Shown piece by piece: positions 13,541 through 25,859 of a DNA stretch of 64,000 nt; positions within the stretch are counted from its first letter, which is position 1; every line of letters begins with the position of its first letter. The position numbers and the translations under genes are program-made. The notes beneath the pieces were generated by a model. That model saw only the letters and a list, made by a program, of their open reading frames with translations, was not told the origin of the DNA and searched no databases. Source of the DNA: Perkinsus chesapeaki ATCC PRA-425 (Eukaryota; Protista; Perkinsozoa); contig JAAPAO010000070.1 in NCBI GenBank assembly GCA_013115145.1, forward strand, positions 1 to 64,000, read 5' to 3'.

Positions 13541-14401
13541 ATGGATACACTCAATCGGAGAACACCAATAGCAGCCGCGGGTGCATCCTTCATAACAAAG
13601 TGCCTTTTATATCCAGCAGACACTCTGAAATGTCGAGTGCAGGCTGGTGTACCCCGTAAAGGTCCGATTACCGTCACTGCTTTATACCGAGGGTTGCTAC
13701 CAAAATTGGTGCTCTATGTGCCATACCAATCCTTGTATATGACGTCATATCAATTCTATCGAAGAACTCTTTCGGACTCGGTATTGGCTGAAAAACACCC
13801 GTTGGTGTCGACTGGTGTTGCCGGTGCTTTAGCTGAGATGACTGGTGCATGTATAAGACTTCCTATGGAGGTTATTAAACAAAGAATGCAGACTGGACGA
13901 TACCTTAATTTAAGGGATGCATTCAGATATTCTATGAAGTGAGATTGATAATATCATTGTTGTTAAAATGGAACGTTGTTTAGGTCACCATTGCGGTTCA
14001 TAAATGGTCGGATATTTATCGCCCAAACGATTCTTCATGACATACCATTTGGTATAATACAGTGGACGGCTTTTGAGACTATTACTGATATACAAGCCTC
14101 TAATTCGAGGATCAACAATGGTCCTGGTCGGCATCTAGTAGCCGGTACTCTATCTGGATCTCTAGCAGCCATCCTTACTAACCCAATGGATGTTGTTAAA
14201 ACTAGAGTTGTTACATCTCCTATTAGCGAAGGTACCCCAGCTATATCGACCGTCATACGATCAATCTATGCAGAGGCTGGTGTTAAAGGCTTCTTTAGAG
14301 GTTCGTTCCTTCGATTACTGCATGTTGCCCCGAGTAATGGTGTTTATCTAGCTTTGTTCAGTTTTCTTAATTCTGCTCTTGCCGATAATAATACTGCCTA
14401 G
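13541..14401 (+). CDS. Mitochondrial carrier (SLC25), SAM-carrier-like; one intron at 13939-13983
   Basis: Three signature motifs PADTLKCR, PMEVIKQR and PMDVVKTR. HDIPFGIIQW resembles the SAM carrier REIPF motif. The 45-nt GT-AG intron joins the two ORFs in frame. Confidence 0.9.
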
Positions 14402-14642
14402 TGTTCCTAGTATGTTGTACACTTGCTTTCTGTAAAAGCATCCTGCCAGTGTTAAGTTTAAGCCAAAGTAAAAAGTAGAAGTCGTGGAAGGGCAATATAT
14501 CCTATCGAGGTCAATTCGTAGGCAAGCGTGCGTGCAGAATATAACACAATCGCGCGCGCCTGCAAAGATCCTGTGTACACTGAGCCACTCAGGCTCAGAT
14601 CTAGACGTGACGCCAAGGTTCTCTCTAGTAAACCAGGTCTTA

Positions 14643-14664
14643 GCCCAGCGGCCGGCCGCTGGGC
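14643..14664. repeat. Perfect 22-bp palindrome GCCCAGCGGCCGGCCGCTGGGC
   Basis: The sequence equals its own reverse complement. Confidence 0.95.
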
Positions 14665-15552
14665 GATAAGAGACTTGTAAAAGCGCTAGTAGCGCGGTCT
14701 CCAAATTCCTTTTTTCCACCCGCCCGCCCAGGCGGTGCACCTCCAGCCCAGGCTCTTGGTGCACGGGTCAGGCAGCCGCCTAGCTCACCGCTAGAACAGC
14801 CACCCGACCTACTACCCAACGCCTGTTCGGAAGGAAGGAGAAGTAAGAATATTTACGAGGATTACTCCTTAGCGCTCTCTATCCTCACCTCAGCTTTATG
14901 CGAGACGCTCGCAAATCGATAAGGAAACACAAACATACGCTTCGATCCAGTATTGCCATGCTCAGTCACACCAAGCCAAGCTAGTTGTAGCTCGTCATCA
15001 ATCGGGTCGTCCCGTAATACTAGACTCAACGTTGGAGTGTCAATGCTGCTATTCATTGAGATTATCGGTACAACAGGTAATCTAGTCAAGTAGACTTCCC
15101 ACCTAATGGTCCTCTAACCCAACTTACATTGCTCTATTCATGTTCATCGAAATGAACCTCCTAGACTAGGAGATTGAACTCAAGTTGAACCCGATCAAAA
15201 CAAGTACCGCCGCCTCCTGATTACTAGTACCCTAGTTCTAGGTCTCAGTTACATTATTCAAAGAACTGAGAGTGATCATCGAGTGTCGAGTTTCCCGAGA
15301 CTATAGTAGTTTGAATCTCACCCGTTTGTGACTCTTCAACTGTATATATTCTGATATATTAGCGAGTCAGTAATGATAGACAGTTACCACTGGTGTATGC
15401 TCCAGCGGAGCATAAACTAGTGGAGCAGCTCCACCCTCGCAATCATCGTATACGTAATATGATTCTACAGTATAGCTTCATATATCTAGGAATCCTAAGT
15501 ATGCATAGCTATAGGAACATAGGCTAGGGTATTCATTGACCAAACTTAGCTG

Positions 15553-16070
15553 TTGCTGAATCCTGAAAAAGAAGTTGCGAAGAGGATGGTTGCGCGTTGT
15601 ATTTCGCCGGCTCCAGCGCTGCGCTCGTGTTTTCTAGTAAACGAGTATAATGAGTTCGCAGAAGTCCACATCGGGGCCTTCGCACTTGGCGAAGCTCGAG
15701 GGGAAGGGGTTTTATTATGTAAATATGGTCTTGTCAAACGGGTGCAGCAAGGGCGTGGCTCACCGATGTTCTTGGAAAAGACAGCCATCATCCACATTCA
15801 CCGTCGAAATCAACAGAAGTGTAATGTCGTACTTGTATTTCGCTCCTTAATCGGCGAAGTACAATTTTCAGCGTGCCTTGCATTGCAGCCACGTCCAGCG
15901 AGATCTCGTTATCCGGAATACTCTGGCTCCTGACGACATGCCGCCAAACCGTACAGACCTCGTCGACTTCACAGCAGAATTGAGATTCGGTAAACTGGAA
16001 TATCGCGCCACTGTGGAACCTATATTGTCGTCATCAACCTCGAGCTAGAGAGAGCTCTCATTAAACAGGT
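15553..16070 (+). other. Unresolved ORF-like or pseudogene segment
   Basis: Overlapping ORFs 15553-15933 and 15650-15850. The latter frame resumes after a single TAA and continues to about 16050. No family was recognised. Confidence 0.25.
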
Positions 16071-16173
16071 AACGTGTTAACAACTCGTGTTAGTAATAGC
16101 TGACACCAGATGAGTAAGAGCAAGTAAACAACTCACGTAGCAGCCAACAATAACCCAGTGGCACGCATAAACT

Positions 16174-18055
16174 ATGTCTCCCTTGAAGAGGTCCAGGGAC
16201 GGCAACAATAGTAACAGATCTCCGGGAGCAGACTGCACGCATGTACATTACGGTGGACTGACCGAGCAGCAATATACCGCTCCATTGACGAGAACTCCTC
16301 AGCGATACTTTCTTATTTCGATTATATTTTATTCCAATAGGAGCGGCCATTCGTCTACTAAGGTACAGTTCTGATTGGCGTTCCATTGTATGGGTCGTGG
16401 CATACTTCCTGGTTACCTGTCTAAGCTGGATGTATCATCCTATTCTGACTTTCCCTAATGTAAGATATCAATGCTCTTCTTATAGCTATTGTAACGTGAG
16501 TTAGATATGTGTAGCATTCGTATTATGCTGTTATTTTTCTTTCGCTGGTGCTGCTATAACTCATAACTTTATGCACTGCAAAGTAATAACAAACTTCAAT
16601 CACATCCATCTAGGACCTACAGTCTAGCAGATATTTTTTAATGACGACTTCAATCGTGTTTTCCAATGTATCCTGAGCCTGGTTTACGGTCATCCTGTGA
16701 GTAGGTTGCTCACCTTGTCATTTTCCCGATACTTTCTCATTAATAGGTACTTTTGTTCCGGGCCATAATCTATCTCATCATAGATTTACTCAGTTACGCA
16801 AGGATCCGATGAGAACATCGAAATTGAGGTGGTATTCATATTTTCACCAACCTCCTTTTTGGTTCGGGCCCGACTGAGCCGCTCACTCAACAGTTCTCGC
16901 CTAGTATCTAGTGCACCGTTATTTAGATACTCATGGAACTTGCTGAATGGTTTACTATTCCAGCCAACTGTTGCCTGGGATGTGTTAAAGGCTGATATAA
17001 GGTGAGAAACGATATCAGCCGCAATCTGTTAGGGATTTCCCTGTTCACCTGGCAGGTATATTCTAGTACAAAGGGATAATGGTAGACAATACTATGTTAA
17101 TGCTGTAAGAGAGGCATCAACTGTTATATGTGTATCATTGGCATTGGCTATACTAGACTGGAGGAGATTCCTTATATATTTTTATGTAACTATTTCTTTA
17201 TGCTTCTTAACTGCTAATATGCTTTCGGATAGATACCACATTTTTTCGCTCAATGGGCAATTGTCGGTATGAATATGTTACAGCATGATGGGTGTGATGT
17301 GGTAAAGTGTATAAATGTATCATCTCGCCTATTATCACTATTAGGTTGATTATCATGACCAGAAACACAACTACAATGGTTCACGTAACTTTGTAGGATA
17401 TTGGCTTAACTATTTTGCCTTTAATACGGGATATCATTCTATGCATCATCTGTAGCATCTTGATCTCAGTGTAGACAATAGGCAGACTCTATTGAGCATT
17501 TAGTTACCCTAAAATGCATTGGTCTATATTGCCTTATGAGCATGATAAACAGATAAAGCCACATATACATCCACAACTACTTCAACCAAGTAATAATGAT
17601 AAATTATAGACTATTCTTATTTCATCCCCCTTATGCGGGTAGAATACGCTGTCTCTATCGGTTAGGTATGGGTACCTATATCTTTGAGGCGTTCATCTAT
17701 CCCGGTGTTCGGATGCGTTATGATGGCAAGCCTGTTGATATAGACTGTAAGATGGTGCCTATAGTCTAGTGTTCGTATCAATATTCTATGAGGAGGAAGA
17801 GGTTGATGCGAACCCAGGCGCTACCATGTCAGGCGCTAAACGTGAGGAGCCGGACGAGGATTGGATGGTACAGTACTACAGAAAGGGCAAGTCATTCGAT
17901 GATTATGACTTCACTATAATTGATGTGTTGTTGAACGATGGCAACCTTATGTGTGTTGTCATCTGGGTATCATTCAGATACTGAAGATCATCTTTTTCGT
18001 TCTACCTTTCAAGATTCTATGCCCAACATACTCTTCAATCAACAAGGTCGACTAG
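16174..18055 (+). CDS. Membrane-bound fatty acid desaturase family protein, paralog 2; 5' exon uncertain
   Basis: SDWRSIVW, THNFMH, GHNLSHH, LQHDGCD and NTGYHSMHH. The exon structure matches paralog 1 and the protein ends ...LCPTYSSINKVD-stop. Confidence 0.85.
17072..17412 (+). repeat. 341-bp segment nearly identical to 10290-10630
   Basis: 337 of 341 bases are identical by direct comparison. Confidence 0.95.
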
Positions 18056-18471
18056 AGGTAAACATTAAAGTGAATGCTTCAACAAGTTTAAAATGGTTTG
18101 ACAAGGATGCTGTAGAAAACGAGTCTTTTTCGTTACAAACTAAATGTTGTTTGGTTAACCTAACAATATACCTGCTTTGTCGGGAGAATGGGAAGAACAA
18201 GAGAGTGTGTTAACTTAAAGCCTGTTGAGAGCTGAGGGACTGACCAAGTGCCCTCTGTACTATAAAAGCCTAGTGGTAGTAGCGAGGACCTCCTCCTGAA
18301 AAAGCTATCAGCGATGAAACCGAAGATTATGTTAGTGACATAGAAGTATTGTGGTCGATTACCACTCAGTATGCCTCAGACAGTATGCTCTGTATGCTCT
18401 CCTACACTCCGGTGCCGATATAGTCTGGACACAACAAATAGTTACAGTTCGGATATATACAGAGACAACCA

Positions 18472-21400
18472 TCATGTATTAGGCGAATGATGATGCGCCC
18501 TAGCAATCTCAATCCATTGCTGGGTTGAACGTATCACAGAGGGTGGGCTCGATGGTCCATGGTTATGGTGCCTTCCTATTGGTGGTAATGTTATTGATGC
18601 TGTTGTTGCTGATATTCCTAGTCTAGTTCTTGACTCTATCGATAATGCTGGTTTAGTCTTCGGACTTCTCCTATCCTGCTCAGTTGAATTAGATCGCTTA
18701 AGTCTCATTCGTATAGGGGATTGAGGATCAGATCGATAACTAGGCAGAGATGATCTTCGCCGTTCCTTCTTTTGTGATGGATGATGATAATCACCAACAG
18801 GGTTCGCAAATAGAAAGGGAGTAGTCCCTTTCCCTTCTGCCAAGGGTATCTTAATCCGAACAGCAGCAGCAGCAGCTGGTGCTGTCGCCCCACTGAACCT
18901 TATAGGTGGAGGTCGGCGGCGCTGTGCTGGGCTACCCGGTGGTGATCCAGAATGTATTCTATCTCTCTTCGTTGATGACTCCAGCTGTGACATCAAATCA
19001 ATTACCGTTGGTGAGAGGGGTGCTGTAGTGTAGGCATGCTCTAGGCCGCTGTCGTGGTGCTGTAGTCTAGTATGCAACTCTCTAGCTTTATGGGCAAACT
19101 GTAAGGCGTGTTTTGATAAGGCGGCCTCTTCACGTCTTTGTCGGAAATGTCCATCAGCATGCAACATCTGCCATCTCTTTAGGCCAACTCCTCTAGTTAA
19201 TTCTAATCGCATCGTATAAGGGGCGTTAAGTTCATCTTGTTCACTAAATGAATCAGCCCTGTTACGTATGACGTCTGAAATAATATAAGGAAACTATACA
19301 ACTCTAGCGTTCTGGCCTACCACCACTCTAATAACCTACCATTCAGCTCCAAATCTATGCTGCCAGTATCACTAAGTCTACGGTCCTTCTTTATTCTTCT
19401 ACTCCAATAGTGTCCCAGCCTAATACGATAATCCTCTTCACAATTAAGATGCTGAGTCCGTATGCTTTCAATAGCGAAGTCCAATGAATATTTCATCGAC
19501 AGTAGTTGGAGTAACGATGTACCTTACCTTCCTCTATGAGTCTCCTCCTCCTCTTTGCCTTCATCATCATCACTATTAAGGCACTCTACTGGTATTCTAG
19601 CACTCCAATCTTCTACCAACTTAACCTGCATCACCCCTCCTCCTCCTACATATATCGTTCATCCTCCTCCCCCCCTTGTTTACCCAGTTCTTCTTGGATA
19701 TAGGTAAATTCTTATAATATCGATGTACTATCTTAACTGCTTTACGTAGGGACCTAACCTTCCTTTGATATTTCATTATCTCTCTTCTTAATGTTGCCAG
19801 CTCATTCTTAGCCTATCAATAATAGTACTACTGGGGGATGCCTCCTCCAGCAGCAGTGTGATATACTTCCTTTAGCTTAGCAAGCGCCTTCAATGCTTTT
19901 GAGGCCAGCCAATCCCTCTCAAACTTCACTTCATCCAGTTGATTGGTAGCACGACTCCATCTACGTTTCATTGAGTTCAGTTCTACACCCATCACACTCT
20001 GCTTAGCACGGTCTTGCTAAAAGGAGGAGTAGGAGGGTAGTATACGGTCATGTGATGCTATGAACTCACCATGGCTAGAGGTGTCAGCATACCAGGCTTC
20101 CTACCAAGACTGGGGGTCATGGGGCCAGTTCTCTGTAATGGAGTACAGCTGCTGCTGCTTACTGGTATGGGTAATTGTTCTTACATTATGTATGCTACTC
20201 GAGTTCCTCCTTTCCTTTGCCATTTCTAATAAAGATTTTTCAAATGTCCTCTGGCTTGCTGATAGGACACTATCAATAGGTGATGGATATCCTATGTCCT
20301 CCTCCTCCTCCTCCTTTTGTCCTTGGCCTGAGTTGCCAATAGTTGGTCTACCCAGTGACTGTGCCTTACCTTCCGGTATCAATGCTAAAGGTGGTGGTCG
20401 AGACTGTGTATTTAAATTGTATGGTGAGTGTTGGCCAATAGTGGTACGGGCTATTCCTGCTGCTGCTGCTGCTGGACTAGTGGCTCCTCCAGTAGCAGCC
20501 TCACGAACATCATCGATCACTTCATATAACTGTTGTGCAAATACCCCTTTAACCTTATAATAATAACAACAGCATCATACTCTCCTTCTTCTTCTTCTTG
20601 CTTGCCTTGTTGTTGTTGTTTATTCTTTACCTCTTCTAACTGTTCCTGTGCTATTGTCCTTTCAAACTGTATATCAGCCTTTAACTCCTCCATCACTCTC
20701 TCTTGTGCTCTTATAGTGCGTACCATCTCTACACGCTCAATGTCATCCTATGGACAAGGATAGGCCGGGGCCAACAACAACAATAATGATGATATCATTA
20801 TTATTACTACCATCCTGCTGCTCTCCTCTGCCGATTTATTAACTTCCCTCTCCCCCTTTGCCTCTTCCTCCTCCTCAGCTTCTGTCTCTACATCATTATA
20901 TTCTACTCCAGCTTCCTCTAGTAAATACTGTACCATCCTTCTAGTGTACCTTATACCCATATATCTAGTATTACTACTACTACTACTACCCTAATTTATC
21001 CAAAGTACGTGTGAATGCTCCCAATGAAGATGATGATGAAGTATGCTCCAGTATAACATCCATACCCTTCGATATTGATCCATACTCGTGTCTTAACCAT
21101 TCATTAAATATTGATAACAACACTTCATTATCTTTCCTATTATCTCCGTCACCATCACCTCTCATATCTTCAACCACCTTCACCTCCTCCTCTTTTATCC
21201 CACCGTCCGTTGCTTGTGGTATAACTCCACTTGTTGTTGCTGTGGCCTCATGCTGCTGCTCTTCCTCCTCCTGCTGTTGTTGTTGCTGCTGCTGCTGCCG
21301 ACGGTGTTCTACTATCATTCTCTCTATCTTATCCTTCATCATCTTATTATCCTCTATTAACCTATTATATTCATCATCGCTATAATCCCTTTCTGTATTA

Positions 21401-23600
21401 TAATCTGTCTCTATCCCTATATCAACACCAATAACCTCCCCCTTACTCTTCCCCATCACTTCTCCCTCAACTCCCCTTGTAGCCATCCCCTCTCTACCAG
21501 TCACTACCCCTTCCCCTTCCTCTTGCCTCCTCTTATTAGCCTCTTCTACCTCCCCTTTAAGCCTCTCTATCTCCCCCTCTAGCCTAGCCTTTATCTCTTT
21601 ATACTCCTCCTCTACCTCCCCACGTAGTCGTTTTTCTTCTATTAAACTTCCCTCTATCTGCTGCTGCTGCTGCTTCACTAACATATCCTTTTCCTTCTCT
21701 TTCCCTATGGTTTCTACTGTTATCGCGTTATTAATATCATCATCATCATCATCCTAAAATATACCCACTGTGATGGTTGTCACTTTCTCAACTACACATG
21801 TATCCCTATTTTACTATTTACCTTTCCCTCTCGCTCCTTCTTTGCCTCCTTTAACTCCCCCTTTAATATAGTACACTCCTCCTTCGACCTCTCTAGCTCT
21901 ATCTCTAACCTACTATCATCATACCACCTATCTCGTCATTAACTCACCTCTCTAACTTGTCCTCTACTATCTTCATATCATCTTCACTATAACTCCTTCC
22001 CTGTTGTTCTCGTATTCCTTCTACTTCTCCTTCCCTTCCTTTTCCCTGTAACTGTATTAGCCTCCTCTCAGCCATAGCTGCCTCCTGCCTTATTCTTCGT
22101 GTTACCTCCCTCTAAAGTATCCTTCCCACTACCATCCTCTCTATTATTATTACCTCTTCATCAGCTACCATAACTAGCCTAGCATTTTCCTCCTGCATTG
22201 CCTTTAGTTCTGCCTCTAATTCTCCTATCCTATTATCACTATCATCATCATCTATAGTACATGTTGCTGGGCCATCTATATGTATAGTACGTTTAGTGGT
22301 AGTTGGTAAGTGTAAAAGCTCTGTTAATGACGTTGATACTGCCTCCTTGTTATTGTATTACCAATAACATGTCCTTTAAATCGCTGAAATCCGTCTGTAC
22401 TATATTCTTGTATAATACTACCTACTCCGCCGCCCTTAAAGTCACAATCTGCAACTCTCCTTACTACTATTATTATTCAACACTCCTCCTCCTCCTCCTC
22501 CAGCCAACTCTAATAGCACCTCAAATATCTGTTCTATATTACCAACCCTAATAAAAGTATATAATAGGATATAATAATGATGTATTATTCCTGTTACTCA
22601 TTCTCTATTATCATATGTAACATATTCCTTATTTTATCCAAAGGTTCATTATCACTATCATCATCATCTGTATCACCTAATGCTGCTAGCCTTTCTTTCA
22701 TTATAAAATTATCCTTCAATATCTTTCTCATCATCAACCTTACTGCATCCTCTAATACCTATACCATCATGCTTATAATAAAACACTACTAATACTACCT
22801 CTTTAAGGTCTGATTCTAATGTCTCTAATATATCAAAGAAATGCACCTCCGTTGACTTGACATACTTCTCAAACCTTTCCTATATAAATAACCAATATAC
22901 TATAACAGCAGCAGCAGTATTGGCTACCTACCATCCTAGCTGCCTGCATATGCATAGACCGCCCTCCTCCTTGATATTTTGTTGCTGATGTTGCCAACCC
23001 TCCTCCAGTATTGGCAGCAGCAGTGGCTTCCTCTAACTTCACTATCTCCATCCTAGCTACATTAAGCATGTCTCTAAGGTGTGCTAACTCTTTAAAGTAT
23101 CCTATCCTGCACTTTTGTAATAGTTTCTCTGTACTATCCAGTCGGCTACTTGTACCCTAATATCATTAACATTATCGCCACTACCACCTCACTATACCAC
23201 TTCCTCTTCTTCTTACCTTTAACATTTCCTCTAATTGTATGTACGCCTTTGCGTTGTATTCGAATACCTCTAATGGCATAACTAATCTTGGTCGTTTATT
23301 AGATTGTGTTATATCTTCAAATAACCTTTCTCTTTCAAATGTTCCCTTATCTGTCCAATACCATACTTCCATCACCTATATTGTACCATATACCCGTGCC
23401 CTGCATTACTATTCTGTTACTCTAACTTCGTCATCATTACACCCAACATCAACCTCTAATTCTTTCCGGTATCGTAACTCTTCTTGCTCTTGCTGTGTGT
23501 CTCTCATCGACCTATTATCATTGTCGGGTTTTAGTATAACACCATTATTATTATTGTCGTCTATCATTACACCATCAACACCACCTGTTGTAAACAATGG
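18472..23600 (-). CDS. Large coiled-coil, low-complexity hypothetical protein, multi-exon; start approximate
   Basis: Collinear E/K/R/Q-rich minus-strand ORFs (20101-20520, 20517-20726, 20986-21684, 22869-23069, 23181-23375, 23409-23597) and terminal exon 18472-19212. Confidence 0.6.
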
Positions 23601-23912
23601 TTACTAGTTGTTGCTTTCGATGCAGTTATGTATGTTAAATTGACTATCAGCACAATACAATAATAATGGTGGTGATGATGATGATTAACACATCTAATAA
23701 TATCAGTAGCCTTGCCATCAACTTATTGAGGATACAGGGAAAGTCGAGAGAGTAAGAGGCAGTGTGATGATGATGAAGCATTAATAGCATAAACCTTAGC
23801 AAAGATAAGCATTAACCTTCTACTTCTTCTTCCTCTTCTTTTTGTTCTGGTCATCTCCTTACAAGTACCACTACTACTATCAAAGCTATGTAATGTACAT
23901 ATATTACTACTA

Positions 23913-25595
23913 CTACCAGTACAACAGCAGCAGCAGCAGCCTGTTAACTATCAACTTAATAACGCCATCTATCCTGATATACAGTATAATACCAATATAT
24001 TCATTAATAACAGCAACAACACTTACATTATTAATATTCCTACTCCCTCCTCCTATCCTATCATCAACATTCCATCCTCCTCCATGACTACCACCACCAT
24101 ACCTTTCATGTCCTTCATAATGTCTATACCTTGATGGCTGTGGTGATGGCTGCGGTGGTGGTGGTGGTGGTGTCCTCCTCTCATAAGGCCCAGTCCTATT
24201 ATTATCATATCTATATCGATTACTACCCATATCAGATTGCTGATGGGGAATCCTATACCCACCCCCGGTAGAATAAGGTGATTGGTGTTGTTGTTGTTGT
24301 GGACTGTAACCAGTGACAGGTAATGTTTCACGATTGTTATACCTATACTGACTATACCCTCCCCCTCCTCCTCCTCTTGCTGATGATGATGAGGATGAGG
24401 GTGGGGGTGTAGCATCCATCTCATATCGTCGTGTACCGTATGGGGGTGAGGTATTCATATCATAACGATGTGATCTTCTACTAGACACTGATGATGATGA
24501 CATTACTTCATCAAGGCTACCAAGAGCTGCTGGAGTAATAGAATATCTATCACTAGCTCCTGCTGCGGCTGCTGGGGTGTCATATTCCCATCTTCTAGAT
24601 GACCGTGCTGGTAGAGGTGGTGGTGTTCTATGACGGTAGTGTTCTCTATAACGATCAGATCTTCCTCCTCCTTCTTGACTATGTGATCTACTCCTGTGCC
24701 TTCTTGTTCTATACCCTCTTGTTGAATAATCATCATCATCATCATCATATGATCTATTATACCGACTGGGTGTCCTTGGATACTGTACTATATTAGTATA
24801 TGCCCCACATAGTAGATGGCCCTTTGATCCACATACCATACATCTTAGACTACTATGATACCTTGGATCAAGTGACATACGATAGGCTGTAGTTGGACAG
24901 GTGTCTGGTGTATTATGGCCTTGTTTACGGCAAGTATTACACCATAATGAACTACTGCATTCCGCTGAACCATGGCCTTCTTGAGCACATCTAAAGCATC
25001 TTTTACGTGAGCATACACTAGAATCATGTAACCCTAGACATACCCAACATACTGCCTTATCAGCTGGTTTCTCCCAATACCTACCACCACCACTGCTGGC
25101 TCTATTAGTATGTTGTTTGGTAAAATGTGATGCATCAGGATGCTTTTTAAGATATGCTGCCAGATAAGGTAACTCACCAGTATGCTGTGCTACTTCACCA
25201 GATGATATAGATACATGTGATTCACTTACTGATGTTAATGTACTTCTAGTTCCACCACCCTCATCAGGTGTAGGATCCTCAGTTGGTGTTACACCTGAGG
25301 ATGGTGCTGGTGTCACTGAAAAGGAATCATCATCACTCTGAGATGTTCTTGCTTGTTGCTGGTGGTGGTGGTGCTGGTCTGTTGTTAATTGTTGGTTTGG
25401 TGATGGTGATGGTGGTGGGGGTGTATCGGAATGGAATAGTCCTCTAACTAGCGTTTCATGTGAGGCGTCATCATCATACGATAAGCTCTCTAGTAAGGCA
25501 GCAGCAGTTGATGGTGAAGGAGTAGTGTTACCCTGTATGGATCCTGATGCATCAGGATCAAGTGTAGTGGACGAGGGCGAGGAGGAGGACGACAT
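23913..25595 (-). CDS. CCHC zinc-knuckle protein, Air1/Air2/ZCCHC7-like, with an R/Y/G-rich C-terminus; 3' end approximate
   Basis: Knuckles CWVCLGLHDSSVC, CFRCAQEGHGSAEC, CNTCRKQGHNTPDTC and CMVCGSKGHLLC. The probable ATG is at 25595. Confidence 0.75.
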   Translation of the reverse strand: MSSSSSPSSTTLDPDASGSIQGNTTPSPSTAAALLESLSYDDDASHETLVRGLFHSDTPPPPSPSPNQQLTTDQHHHHQQQARTSQSDDDSFSVTPAPSSGVTPTEDPTPDEGGGTRSTLTSVSESHVSISSGEVAQHTGELPYLAAYLKKHPDASHFTKQHTNRASSGGGRYWEKPADKAVCWVCLGLHDSSVCSRKRCFRCAQEGHGSAECSSSLWCNTCRKQGHNTPDTCPTTAYRMSLDPRYHSSLRCMVCGSKGHLLCGAYTNIVQYPRTPSRYNRSYDDDDDDYSTRGYRTRRHRSRSHSQEGGGRSDRYREHYRHRTPPPLPARSSRRWEYDTPAAAAGASDRYSITPAALGSLDEVMSSSSVSSRRSHRYDMNTSPPYGTRRYEMDATPPPSSSSSSARGGGGGGYSQYRYNNRETLPVTGYSPQQQQHQSPYSTGGGYRIPHQQSDMGSNRYRYDNNRTGPYERRTPPPPPPQPSPQPSRYRHYEGHERYGGGSHGGGWNVDDRIGGGSRNINNVSVVAVINEYIGIILYIRIDGVIKLIVNRLLLLLLYW

Positions 25596-25859
25596 GAAAG
25601 ATGTTCCAACTCCTAATAGTCCAAAGCCTAGTGTACGATGACACAACACTATTATTATTAGTAATACTGGTGATAATAATAATAATGAGATTATCAAAGT
25701 ACATGGTACATAACATAGTAGTAGTACTAGGGAGCAGCAGCAGCAGAAGTAGGAGCTGGTCATGCTGTCATCACTGTGATGAACAGAGTATGATTAATAT
25801 ACGTATTACATCGTATTAGATGACCTCTTATACAGAGCAGCAGCAGGAGCAGAATTGTC

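Noticed and set aside
14348-14764. Non-LTR retrotransposon APE endonuclease (VSYRP, DLDRIY)
   Set aside because: The GDFN and SDH catalytic motifs are absent and there is no adjacent reverse transcriptase, so the resemblance is too weak.
20060-24796. Many 60-170 aa plus-strand ORFs opposite the coiled-coil and zinc-knuckle genes
   Set aside because: They are antisense shadows of low-complexity coding sequence (poly-C, poly-L, poly-M, poly-V translations).
24790-25070. Retroviral Gag from the CCHC knuckles
   Set aside because: There is no protease, RT, integrase or LTR nearby, and the knuckle spacing fits Air1/2-type proteins.
25556-25568. 13-nt match to U2 snRNA (GATCAAGTGTAGT)
   Set aside because: The flanks do not continue the U2 sequence, and the site is the antisense of a coding exon.
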